Of a stretch of 64,000 bases of DNA, positions 28,062 to 39,857 are shown one piece after another. Source of the stretch: Lama guanicoe (Eukaryota). The number at the start of each line of letters is the position of its first letter. The stretch's first letter is position 1. Location of the stretch: NCBI GenBank assembly GCA_013239625.1, contig MU056146.1, positions 6,123,977-6,187,976 on the forward strand, given 5' to 3'. A program made the translations under genes and the position numbers. The notes beneath the pieces were generated by a model. It ran no database searches. It had not been told where the DNA came from and was given only the letters and a program-made list of their open reading frames with translations.

Positions 28062-28069
28062 CATCCCAT
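28062..28069 (-). CDS. DOCK9: DOCK9 8-nt alternative microexon ATGGGATG (gives ...HEQ-MG-stop)
   Basis: Pyrimidine tract + catgctaacacatgcag|ATGGGATG|gtaatg. Joined to the first A of the last exon it makes TGA. Parallels the recalled human isoform ending EQLG. Confidence 0.85.
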
Positions 28070-28975
28070 CTGCATGTGTTAGCATGGAGGGAAAAAAAAG
28101 CAAGTTAAAGCTGAGACATTTACGTTCGTTTCCTGCAACAGAAACTTCTCAACTAAATCATCACATGTTATGTTAACTGACACAAATGGCCTTGGCTTCC
28201 ATTTTGCAAGAGTGAAGGAAAATAATGTAGGTTTGGAGCAGACAGAAGTAGTTATGTTATCAAGATGCCATCACCAATCATAAAGACTGACACCGTGACT
28301 CGGAAGAGGTCACTGTGGTTGATGAAGAATGGACCCCTCAAAAGCAATAATGGGGAAGCTGCCCTGTGACATTCACCCAGTTGCCTGGGCAGCTGTCGCC
28401 TCTGATGACTGCCGAGCCCACATACATAATCCTACCAGAAGGAATTCACACAGGAGGGCAGTGGGAGCAGTGTAATAAGGAAAGCTGCCCATAAGGACAG
28501 GAATATAGAAGCAGCCTTGAGGAATCCACGGGGGCACTCAGGTCAGCTATGAACAGTCAAAATTGAACAACCTTCCTTTGTTAAATGGCAAAAGACATTT
28601 AATGCAACAGACAATCCCTTAAACCAGGCTGGTAAACCTGGTTTTTTCAAAGGATTGGGTGAATAAAGAAACTTCTAGGAACAGCATTGGTATTTTTTTT
28701 TTTTAATGTGGGTTGTTTCTGAGCTAGACTGAGCCATGAAGAAGAGGAGGGGGCTGCTGTCTTCTGGTCACATTAAACAATGACAGGTGGGCAAGCTACT
28801 AGCCAGTCCCTAGGCACCTGTGGGTAGAAAGTAGCAGCAGTGTAGCATGCTACATTATTCATCAGAGAGCAAAATTCTGGAAGGATGTCAGAGGGCGTAG
28901 GCCGTAAGAGGGTTCACCTGAGACCCAACTGATGCATGCTGTCTAAAATGAGAAGACCCCCAGTGTGGCACTTAC

Positions 28976-29114
28976 CTGCTCATGCATGATTTCCGAAAGC
29001 TCTTTTGCCATTTCCTTGTAGTTGGCCTTCATTTCTTCCTGGTACTCTAACTGGTCCTCTTTGATTAACCGTTCATTTACCGCCAAGGCTTGCCCGCAAG
29101 CTTCCACAAATTGT
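28976..29114 (-). CDS. DOCK9: DOCK9 coding exon ([47 protein letters not shown])
   Basis: tttcag|A ... CAG|gtaagt; 139 nt. Confidence 0.96.
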
Positions 29115-29248
29115 CTGAAATGGTGCGGGAGAGGGAAATCAAGGCGTGTCCAAGAAAACAGAAAGAGTCCAAGGGGTGGTATCTCTTCCTTGAATGAGCA
29201 CAGAAATGATTAATACTTGAAGAGAAAGACATTTCCAGTGTGCCTTAC

Positions 29249-29349
29249 CTGAAAACTTCTTTAAGCAACTTCACTTTATTGTCAGGATATCTTTTTGTGT
29301 TTGTGTCATCTAAGAAAGCTCGGGCATATGCCAGTGGACCAGCATTGAC
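29249..29349 (-). CDS. DOCK9: DOCK9 coding exon ([33 protein letters not shown]+AG)
   Basis: gtctag|GTC ... CAG|gtaagg; 101 nt. Confidence 0.96.
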
Positions 29350-32083
29350 CTAGACAAAGAACAAAGATTTTAAATTGAAATAATGAAGAAAATAGTCATG
29401 ATCACTGAGTTCATTTCCATTGGCATTTGCTAAAAATGCTGTGCGAGTGAGTTAATCATGACCTCTGCCCTCCAGGAACTTAGGACCCAAAGAGAAAACC
29501 ATGAATAAAGCTCATGTGGTTATAAGCTATTTGACTTTATCATCTCAGTCATCCTCAAAGCACTTGTGATGATGGTTTATTTTATGCAATAAGAATCAAT
29601 GCTTGAAAAACTTCAGGACCTGTTCAAGGTCAATCAGCCAATAAGCAAAACAACTGAGATCAGCGCCCAAGTCTTCCAACTGGTATTTGTGCTACACTAC
29701 AATGAGCTAAGAGGTCAATCTGGGGAGCTCAATGAAAACTGTAAAGTACAGTATATGGAACAGTTTAAAAACCCAAGTGTTCACCAAGTGGAATCATGTA
29801 GACAGCCATGGACAAGCTGATTTGCTGTCTTCCAGTGAACCAATCATCTGAGGTGGGCTGGAAGACCAAAGACTCGGGACATTTAGCCACAGGATGAGTG
29901 CATCAGAACCCCACATCTCTCTTTCAATTAGCCAAGAAGAGTTCTCTGAGGTTGGGTAAGTCAGGAAATGCGGGAGTGTGGAGAGAAAGAAGGTGAGACA
30001 CACTGGCTGGGAACGAGAAAGTTCTGGGCACCTGAGGCAGTTTGGGAAGGTCTGGGCCATGTGATTATGGCATGGTTTTTCCTGGGAGATCTAGTGGGCT
30101 TGGAAGGTAATGGGTAGGGAGGGCTGTCTGTCTTCCTGGTCCTTGGTGTGGAGGACTTTCACAGTAACAGCTGGGGAACTGAGCTGTGAACTGAACTCAC
30201 ACCAGAGGTGGGGAGACAGAGGGGCACAGTGGTTACAGGTGGGCCCTCTGAGACAGGAACAACTAGCTAACCCCCTGTGACAACCGGGTATGTCACTGGG
30301 TAAGTGTAGGGAGCTATGTTAATAACCTAAAGATGACCCAAATGAACATTTATCCAAAATGATACAGATGCTCAGTTTTAAGAAGAACTGAAAAGGAGAA
30401 GCTGATGAGACTTGATAAAGTCTGACATAACAAGATCCTGGAGTGGAGTGCAGAGCCACAAAGCCACCCTGATGGCTCTATACTGTACAGTAGCATCCCC
30501 AGAGAGTCTCTTGGTGGAAGAATTAAAGAAACACACAAATAAAATAACAAAGTTCATTTCTCCTGACTCCAACTCTGTTGTTACTCTAGAGGGTGCACAT
30601 GTATAAACTTAATCTCCTCATTTCATTACGGAATTCTTTGCTTTTAAAGATGATCGGGCATTTATAAAACTCTAAGGTCACTGTCAAATGGCCGGGCACA
30701 TTTTGCCCTTTAGAAAGCTCATCCTCTCCAGTTTCACCATTTACTGGCACACACACCCCTCCATTGGCCTTCAGACAGAGGCTGGATGTTCCCAGGCCAG
30801 GCCACGTTACTGAGTGGTTTTGGTTTTAGTTGCAGAATACTGTGGCCTCCGGCCCATTACATACTCACGCACATTGCTGGAGTATTTTATCACATTCACT
30901 CAATAATTCATTTTGGCACATAAGTCTTTGGGGCCAGAAGAGAAGAGGCTGAAAACATCTGTAAATACTTTTGTGGTGAATGACATTTAGAAAAATGGGA
31001 GGTAACAGCTTAGCATGGATCTGGTAAAAAGTTGACAAAAACTGATTTCACAAAATGAAACCGCTATATTGCAATCTACATGTAACTTTCATGAACACAC
31101 ACACCCTTCTTGAAAGAGAAAAGAATTAGATAGAGGAATACACACACACATAAAGCAGGTGCTAGAATTATGTATATACACTTAAAAATAATAAAGCAAG
31201 AAGCATACTGGTCACCAGAGGGAGCAATTTAACATCTACTAATTTCTTAGGAAACCATATAAGTAAAATACCTTAAAAAACAAAACAAAACAAAACCCTT
31301 ATGATTGAAGTGTACTATACAAACATAAAAGTGCATATATTGTAAGTGTATAACTTGATAAACTTTCACAAACTGAACATATTTGTGTAATCAGCACCTA
31401 AATCTAGGATGACTTTATCCATAAATGGTACACATCATTCAAACTGCTATAGGAAAGAAATGTCTTGACCCCTACCAAATGCAAAATCAGATGGACTGCA
31501 GACCTACATAGGAACCCAAACACAGGAGAACATTTCTGAAACAGATTTCTTAAAGAGCACACACACACACACACACAAAATATTACTAGTAAAGAAAAAA
31601 TTTTCATTGGGCTATATTAAAATGAAGAATTTCATTAATCAAAAGATGCGACTAAGAGAGTGAAACTTAAAAGTAACTTTTCAGATATAATTTTCATAGA
31701 AATCAGAAAACAATACTTTTGTATGAAAACCTAGGGTTATCCACACTTCTTTTACATTTGAGAGTCTTGATGCTTCTAATTAAGCACCTAGAATTCCCTA
31801 AATTACAGAAAAACCAGGTTGTTTGGAGTGCCATCCCCTGCCCGGGACACACAGCTTGCTGAGAATGACACATTTGGAGGTTGGGGTGGAGAGACCCTAA
31901 GGCTACTGCAGGCTTTGGAATCAGGAGGAACCACACATCAGGGGAGTTCGCAGGACTGACAGGTAAAGCCAGGGATCTATACCAGCCCGGCCCTTGCTGG
32001 TGTGAGCCACCTGAAGTTCCCAAGGTCTAAAGGAGTGTTCCCTCTGCTGCCCCGTGGTTTGCGCTGTGGGACGCCTGGCTCAC

Positions 32084-32274
32084 CTGGACGCTCACACTGC
32101 CCTGGAGCTTGAGCTGCAGTTTGATCATGTCCACCTCGGCCGAGGAGCACAGCTGCCGGAGCTCGGCCACCTTCTTACTCATCTCGTCAATGGCCACCTC
32201 GATGGGATTCAGGTCCGTGTGGTGCTGGTACATGACGGGGATCCGCTTCTTCACGTATGGAAAGCAGTGTATTG
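32084..32274 (-). CDS. DOCK9: DOCK9 coding exon ([64 protein letters not shown])
   Basis: ccacag|CA ... CAG|gtgagc; 191 nt; DHR-2 lobe C. Confidence 0.97.
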
Positions 32275-32789
32275 CTGTGGAGGAACAGGTCCCGGAATTA
32301 CTGCACACCCTGCATGTAATCCACACATTCTGAGCCAGTCCTGTCTTGACAGGAAAGGAACCCAAAGCTTGCCCAGGTCACATGCCAGTATTTTGTGGAA
32401 CCAGAATACTGTGTCTTCCTTTATCGTTGTGTGTGTTAAATGACAGGGCATCATATAAAGTCAAGAGAGCTGGGTCCCTGTTAACCTTTAATGTGAGAAG
32501 TCTCTCTTTGAAGGAATCACTTTATCATTCCCTGCTCAATGCTCTCATTCATAAACGCCCTGCTGTCCTGGGAATCTGTGAGAGCTGAGTGTGGTAGTAG
32601 GTGTAAGAGGTCCTGAGTCCCTGCTTGTGATGGCAACTGGAGATTAAAAGAGCCAAGGCAGGGGGTAATGATACAGAAAACTCAGAGTCCGTCCATGAGC
32701 TGACCACGTCCGTGTGACCTGGGACTCCCCTCTCCTTGCCTTCCTTGCTGGTGTCGTATCTCCTCTCACTGGGCTCACTTGGCTCCAGC

Positions 32790-33170
32790 CATGCTGGCCT
32801 GCTGGGCACAGGGAGCCCTGGCCTGGCCTTTGCCCTGACAGCTCCTTCTCCCTGCAGATGTTTGCATGGCCCACATCATCACCTCCTTCAAGTCCAGACT
32901 CAAACATCACTTCCTCAATGAAGCCTACCCGGGCCACATCATTTAAACTGCAACCCACCCCCTTCAACCCCACACTTCCAATCCCCTTTTGCTCTTGTCC
33001 ACAACATGTATTACCTCCCGACACAGAAACATTCACCTATTATATTTACTGCTTATCATCTGTCTCCTCCTACTAGAATCTAAGTTGCACAAGCCAGAGA
33101 GCTTTGTTTTGTTGATATGCCAAGCTGGAACATCGCCTGTGCTCGATTAATTTTGTTGAATTAAAGAATG
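32790..33170 (+). mobile_element. L2 3' fragment
   Basis: cctccttcaagtc...ctcaaacatcacttcctcaatgaagcct...tagaatctaag...tttgttgaat. Confidence 0.7.
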
Positions 33171-34407
33171 TATTACCACCCAAACGGTTCAATGGAAAAG
33201 CAAACTGGCCTGGAAGGTGGAAAGTTAGGTGGTAGATTGAGCGAACCATCACGTTACTAACCAACAGCCCACACCAGCGATCTGCAGCCCTTGAGCAGGA
33301 GGATGAGAAGAAACGGCTGTGAAGTGTGGGTGGGTGTGCAGTCTGGTCAGACTGAATATGGGAGAATACTTCCAACCTGAGCAGGAGTCTGGATATGATT
33401 TGGAAGCCTCTGGAATAGTGACTGGGAAGAAACTCCATGGGATGAATTCCATGAAAGAAGGACACAGGGGATCATATTGGGGGGCAGGCTCAGAAATTTA
33501 CACCGGAGGGCCTAGAGGGTGATTATTAGGTTTTCCAAGTGATCCCACAATTGCAGCCAAGTGACTGAATTATTCAGGAAAGGGAGGCTTTCTGGGTTCA
33601 GAGGGCAAGGGAGGGCTGGAGTTTCTCCGTAACTCAGAAGGCCAAAGGTCAGCTCTGAAAAAATACAATGGAAGAAGAACCTAAGGGCTTAATAACACAA
33701 GGGAAAACTCTCAAGTTCAAAGTCTTCAGAATATCCTGGTCTGCATGTCTTTAACTGATGGTTGATACAGTTTACAGGCTTTGAATAGCATTTTTATAAC
33801 TCTCTAAATCTTTACACTGACCAACAACTACCCTTTTGAAATTTTGAGATCTTTCAGGGCAAACCCTGTGCCCCTGTTGGGTGTTTTGGCCCCCTTTTGC
33901 TCCTCATTGACCTCAAAAGGCAAGGAGCTCAATGGTGGGTGAGATGTAGCAAAGTGAAGTACATTCTTTCCCCTCCTGGGAAATTACAAAATTACAGGAT
34001 TTTGTAAAGAATTACAAAATTCTTTAACATGAGATGGATAATATAACTCTCCTTTTACAGATGAGAAAACTAAGGCACAGAGAGGTTAAGTGACCAGCCC
34101 AAGGTCACACAGGGAGGATGGGCTCTGCACTGCCCACACTTCTCAAGGTGGTTATTTCCCGAGTCAGCAGCCCGTGTATCTACTTCACCTCTCTCTGCAG
34201 TGGGGTTACTCCTTGTCCCCTCTGCTCTGGCAGGTCTAGAGCTTTGTTCGTGTCCTTTAATTTAAGATATTTCTGTGACAAAATGGGAAACTGGCCAGGG
34301 AAAACACCCCATGGTAACTGTTCATGAATCAGTATGCTACCTGAGGGGAATAATCCTAATAAAAAAATCCTGACTTTGACTCATCAGTGATCTAGGTTTA
34401 TTTCAAT

Positions 34408-34590
34408 CAGCAGTTCTCAAACTTGAGTGGCACCAGAATCACTTGGAAGACTTGGTTAAACACCACCAGCTGGGCCCCACCCCCAGAGTTCCTGACTCAG
34501 GAAGTCTGGGTGGAGCCAGAGAATCCCCATTTCTAACAACTCTCAGGGGATGCTGATGCTGCAGACCAGGTACAACCTTTGGTAAGCACT
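34408..34590. mobile_element. MER5A (hAT-Charlie MITE)
   Basis: cagcagttctcaaactt...ccagaatcacttggaag...atttctaacaa...gatgctgatgctgc. Confidence 0.8.
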
Positions 34591-34994
34591 AATCTGAGGT
34601 CATCACAGCTGTGGAGATAAACATGTAAGCTGGTAATTCTCATAAAGTGACTCCATCTAGAAGTGTAGTTTTTCACTTGAAAAAAACTTGCTACTGTGTC
34701 CATTAGAAAAATAATTCATTTACATATGGGGAGGGGCTAATGTTTTCCAGGACAATATTATTTGTGCTTTACATATTACCTTATTATTCTAAAAGCAAGA
34801 GCGGAGACTCCCTCTTTAAAAAAATAGAGTTTAGGTTTTTTTTTTTAATTTTAGCTTTTATCTCAGTTCCCTCATAGGAAGAGTGAAAAATCCTCCACAG
34901 TATGCTGTTCTGACCTATTTTATAGTGAACCATGTTATTTCTTTGGTTAACAGCTTTAATCGAGTCATGAATCACACGCCATCCATTTAATGGT

Positions 34995-35445
34995 AAGCCA
35001 GAAAGAGAAAGAAAAACACCACGATATCACTTATATGTGGAATCTAAAAGAAAAGGGACACAAATGAACTTATTTACAAAACAGAGACAGACTTATAAAC
35101 AGAAAACAAACTTATGGTTACCAGCTAGGTGGGAGAAAAGGAGTGAGGAGGATAAATTGGAGGTTCGAGATTTGCAGTTACACACTACTGTATATAAAAC
35201 AGATAAGTCACAACATTGTAAAATGACAATAACTCAATAAAAAAATGTTAAAAAAAAACCAGATAAACTACAAGGTCCTATTGTACAGCACAGGGTACTA
35301 TATTCAATGCCTTGTAATGGCCGATAATGAAAAAGAATATGAAAAGGAACATATACATATGTATAAATAAATCACTATGCTGTATATCAGAAATGAACAC
35401 AACATTGTAAATTGACTATACTTCAATTAAAAAAAAAAAGAAAGA
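34995..35445 (+). mobile_element. Young lineage-specific L1 3' UTR with poly(A), containing a nested L1 tail at ~35207-35258
   Basis: atatcacttatatgtggaatctaaaa...acaacattgtaaattgactatacttcaattaaaaa. Confidence 0.85.
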
Positions 35446-36747
35446 AAGAAAAAAAAGGAAGAGAGGAGGATTTGAAGACATGTATTGAGTTTGTGGTGTC
35501 TAAGGGGCACATGGGGGAGGTATCCTGGCCTGAAGCTCAGAAGGCTCTGACGAAGTGGCAGTTGAAACTCCAGGAACAGATTTAAAGCTACCCAGGAAGA
35601 GAGCAGAGTGTGATGCAAGCTGAAGAATGCCAACATTTGAGAAATGGGCAAAGGTAGGGCAACCCACAAAGCCTCTGGTTAGGCACGTGTATATCTGCGT
35701 GGACAAGAAACAGCTTGGCACCACCCTGCATACTGTCTATCAATAAATTTCATACGGGCAAATAAAAAAAAAGTGTAGAATTCAATGGTGAGAGTGGAGC
35801 CTCACCTGAAATGCTCCATCCTCACAGCCCCTTTCACTAATTATTATAATGTTCCCCATTATCACCCAGGCGGAACACATGACAACACTGACTCCTGGAC
35901 AAGCAATGGGCACTTTCCTGGTTCAACTTAACTCTGGCAGCTCTTTGAAAAATGTGCCTAAATAGTAGATATGGACACACCGGGAATTCTTAACAGCCTC
36001 ACCACTGATCTTTATGTCAAGAAAGCTGACCCTAACCTAAGAGTGATGGGGTCAAGCTCCCCACAAAAATCACTCCCAAGATGACTACACTTGTCAGGAA
36101 CTGGGAGACGATGCCAAACAGAGTTCCGGGATGGGTTATCAATGGCTAAACAGTGGCAAAGGATCAATTAAAACTCTGCCACAGCTGAATGTGCAGCCTC
36201 TGAATGCACTGAGCTTCCTGGGACCAGAGGCGCTCAAGCTGAGGCTGGCCCGCAACTCTCAGAGACGAGGTGGGAGGGACCCAGCCTCGTGTCTCGTTTA
36301 TTCACTCCACCAAAAATCCTTGAGCAGACTCACGCTGGTGCCTATGCGACAGAGATGTGTAAAAGGGTCCCTTCCCACGAGGCAGATGCTGGATGGTGTG
36401 CAGGGGTTCCTGACCTGAGGGCCACAGGCCTAGAGAGGGATCCACATGGGTTTCAGAAAGAGTCTGTAAGTCGCCTGAAACTGTGTGGAGGAGATAAGGA
36501 CACACTGTTCTCATCAGATTCTAAAAAGGGTAAGTGATATGACCTCCCGGACTGTGGCAGACAAAAACACAAACAGATAAATCGAAAAATGTCATGAGTC
36601 TTCAAAAGCATTAGATGCATGTTAAACTGAAATGGGTATGCAGGGAAAGTTAATTGAGCTGGAAGGGCCCTTCCAATTCTAGAAGCTTCTGGAACTCTCT
36701 GGAGAGCTCTTTACCCTGGTGTCGCAGCTGATGGCTGGGAGACGTAC

Positions 36748-36958
36748 CTGTCAGGATGGTGCGCCGTTTGCATTGCTCCTCGACACCACCCTGCCTTTTC
36801 CCGGTCTGGGTGAAGGGCATCTCAAACATGAAGCGGCGTATGTTGTGAGACCTTTCAAACTCCGTTTTCCTCTCTTGCAATTCTTTTTCATCGAAGAATG
36901 GGACCACGTGAGTCACCTGGATATACGCATACTTGGAATCCAGATCCTTGGGGTTGAC
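36748..36958 (-). CDS. DOCK9: DOCK9 coding exon ([70 protein letters not shown]+G)
   Basis: ttcaag|GTC ... ACAG|gtacgt; 211 nt. Confidence 0.97.
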
Positions 36959-37049
36959 CTTGAATAAAGGAAACAGAAGAGGGGTGCTATTTGAAAGCCT
37001 CCTCCAAAGCTACACTGTGTTTTTCCACTTTATATTGGTAAAAGTTTTA

Positions 37050-37570
37050 GAAAATTTCAAGAAAACTGGAAAAAGAAAGTACAACGAACACCCATACCTA
37101 CCACTGAGAACAGTCACCACTACTTTGCTGTATTTGTTTGTTTGTGTCTGTACACACACACACACATACACACACGGACATGTAGACTTTTTTTTAGCTG
37201 AAGCATTTCAAAGTAAGTGATTCACATCATGACACTTCAGCCAGCACCTCCCAAACATGAGGACATTCTCCTCCAGAACTAAAATTCATCATCATATCTA
37301 ACAAAATCAACACTAATTTCCTAAAGCACCCAATATACCCAGTTTAGATTACCTTTCTCAAATGTCCCCAGAATGTTATTTACAACTATTTGCATTTGAA
37401 CCAGAATCTAATCAATGATTTCATTTTACGTTTAGTTGTTATGTCTCTTTAGTCTTGTTTAATCTAGAAGAATTTCCCACTATTTTTTTTTATGACATTG
37501 AATTTTTTGAAGATATGCTGGTTTTCCTCTGGAATGACTTCCCATCTGAATTTGTCTGATTATTTCTGAA
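37050..37570 (-). mobile_element. Old L1ME-type fragment
   Basis: catcatgacacttca...ggacattctcctcc...ttagttgttatgtctctttagtctt. Confidence 0.6.
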
Positions 37571-38113
37571 ACTGTAGTTCAGAAATAGATCTTCAAGAGA
37601 GCAGTATAGCAGAGGACAGCCACTTTAAGCAGAAAGTAGATGTAGTTCGTAGGAAGTCGTTTGTAGTTCGTTCTACAAACGTGCTGACCAGTTAGGTCAT
37701 TCCTTGCTCTGTCTGCCTGTCTATTCATTTGTCCATACATCAAACAACCAGTCAGAAAGTGTCAGGTAATATGCCAGGCACAAGTGCAAACAGAACTTTG
37801 GACCCTATTCTTACAGAGTTTCTAAATAGCTGGACTAAAAACAGCATATTCTTTCAGACTTTAATTATTTTGTAAAAGAATATCTTTTTAAAATTATGAA
37901 ATAAAAGTTTGCTTAATGAAAGCATTCTGGAAAGCACAGAAAGGTATTAAGAAGGGAAAAAAATACATTTGCCACTCAAGGCCAACCATTCTGAACTTTT
38001 TCCGGGTCTCCTTTTTTTGATACACATTTATAAATATATAATATATGATCATCAATCATACATAATCAAAACAATATTATATTGCTATGAAATGTTTCCA
38101 AGCATGGTCATAC

Positions 38114-38260
38114 CTTGCCAGAATCCTGTATCATTTTGACGTTTTCAGAACCAAATTTATCTGAGTACAGTTTAAGGAGTCTCTGAGAAATTTCTGACAG
38201 AGGTGTGAGTTTGGGTTCCTTGTAAATATACTCCTTTCCGTCTTCATCTTCAAAGAATCC
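38114..38260 (-). CDS. DOCK9: DOCK9 coding exon ([49 protein letters not shown])
   Basis: tcacag|GGA ... AAG|gtatga; 147 nt. Confidence 0.96.
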
Positions 38261-39643
38261 CTGTGACATACAGCACATTTAGAGCTATTCCCAAATATAA
38301 GCCCAAGGCTTACCACCCAGGAAGGGTTCTTTTGTTACCAGGATTAAAAAAAAAGGGGGGGGGATGAATATAAAATAAAATCAGGCTTTCTGAATAGGAA
38401 GGAAAATGATAATAATGTGAAGTCTGGGTGCAAAGATAAAGGAAAGACATGAAACTGCAAACTCATTCAAGAATGCTGTCACTAAGTGTGGAGGGAAAAG
38501 AGAGATTGGAGATTCAAGACTGTGTTCTCTCAGTGACGTCTAAGGATGGGATTCAAGCCTGTTTCACATTCCCAAGGAGCAGAACTCACTAACACATGAC
38601 TCAGCAGCCTGCTGTTGGCCTCAAACACACACACATCCCTCCCTGACCTCTCCTGTTTACATGGATTTTATGGCATAAATGGAAGCAATCTGGTCTGGAG
38701 TAGGTTTGGCAAAAGTTATGTGAAGTTGGTATAAATTCTATTTTGCTTTACTGATGAGAAAGATATTTTATTTCTTTTTTTTTTGAGAAAAATATTTTAA
38801 AATGTTGTAGGATAATACTAGAAAAAATTTTCATTATCACCAGTTGTCATCTGTTTCAATACCAATTACATCTGAATACAGCAAGGCTTAGCATTGCATG
38901 GGAAGTGAAAAAGGTTGAAAATTAAAAAGCCCAGGTTGGAGTTAATATTTAAAATACATTTTTTTTAAAGTTTGTTTCGCACCGAAAATAAAAGAGAAAA
39001 TGGTGCCAAAAAACAAAACAACAACAACAACAAAAATCACATTGTATTAAAAAAAATGCAGGCTAACATGAAACAAAAAACACCCACATCAAACTAGGAG
39101 TTTAGATGCAGTAATTTCACTACATTATNNNNNNNNNNNNNNNNNNNNNNNNNNNNNNNNNNNNNNNNNNNNNNNNNNNNNNNNNNNNNNNNNNNNNNNN
39201 NNNNNNNNNNNNNNNNNNNNNNNNNNNNNNNNNNNNNNNNNNNNNNNNNNNNNNNNNNNNNNNNNNNNAATGAATTATAATTTACACTATTTAATCATGT
39301 TAGAGACTTGGAGGTTAAACTTTCAGTTAAATTTAAATGAACCCTTTCCTACTGGATTTCTGAAATATTACAAAGGTAAATCTACTTGCAGAGATATTAT
39401 ATTATAAAAGAAAGAGATACACAAGGACAAAGGAAACCAGAAAGTCTTAATTTTGGTTTAAAACATGCAGTATAGATGTGTAAGGGAACAGGTGATTTAT
39501 TTCTGTAAATGGAATAAAATGTTAATTTTTTTTGGAGTTTGTAATGACTGGACAGATATACATACAGACTTGAAAAGGAAACTTGCAAACCACACTGAAG
39601 TACCAAAGATGCACCAAAGATGCTGCTAAGAGGGAGAACTTAC

Positions 39644-39649
39644 CGCTGC
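39644..39649 (-). CDS. DOCK9: DOCK9 6-nt alternative microexon GCAGCG (Ala-Ala)
   Basis: Long pyrimidine tract, then cttaag|GCAGCG|gtaagt with a consensus donor. Matches the AA of the recalled DOCK9 segment FFGQ-AA-QYQFTDSETDVE. Confidence 0.88.
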
Positions 39650-39857
39650 CTTAAGAAAGTAATAAAGAAAAGACAGGAAGAAAGAAAAAAAAAAAGCAAA
39701 AAGTTTACTACTGAGGAAGATAAGCATCACACTAAATATGACAAATTCATCAAATTAGCATTTATAGAAACAGGAAATTTACAAAATACAACTTTATAGA
39801 GTTTAAATGAGAATAAGGAGGACTTGGGTCAGCCTAGAGAACACAGAGGAGGCTCAC

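Noticed and set aside
38835-38872. GAAACAGATG similarity to the missing 36-nt exon
   Set aside because: Only ~10 nt match; no correct frame or splice sites.
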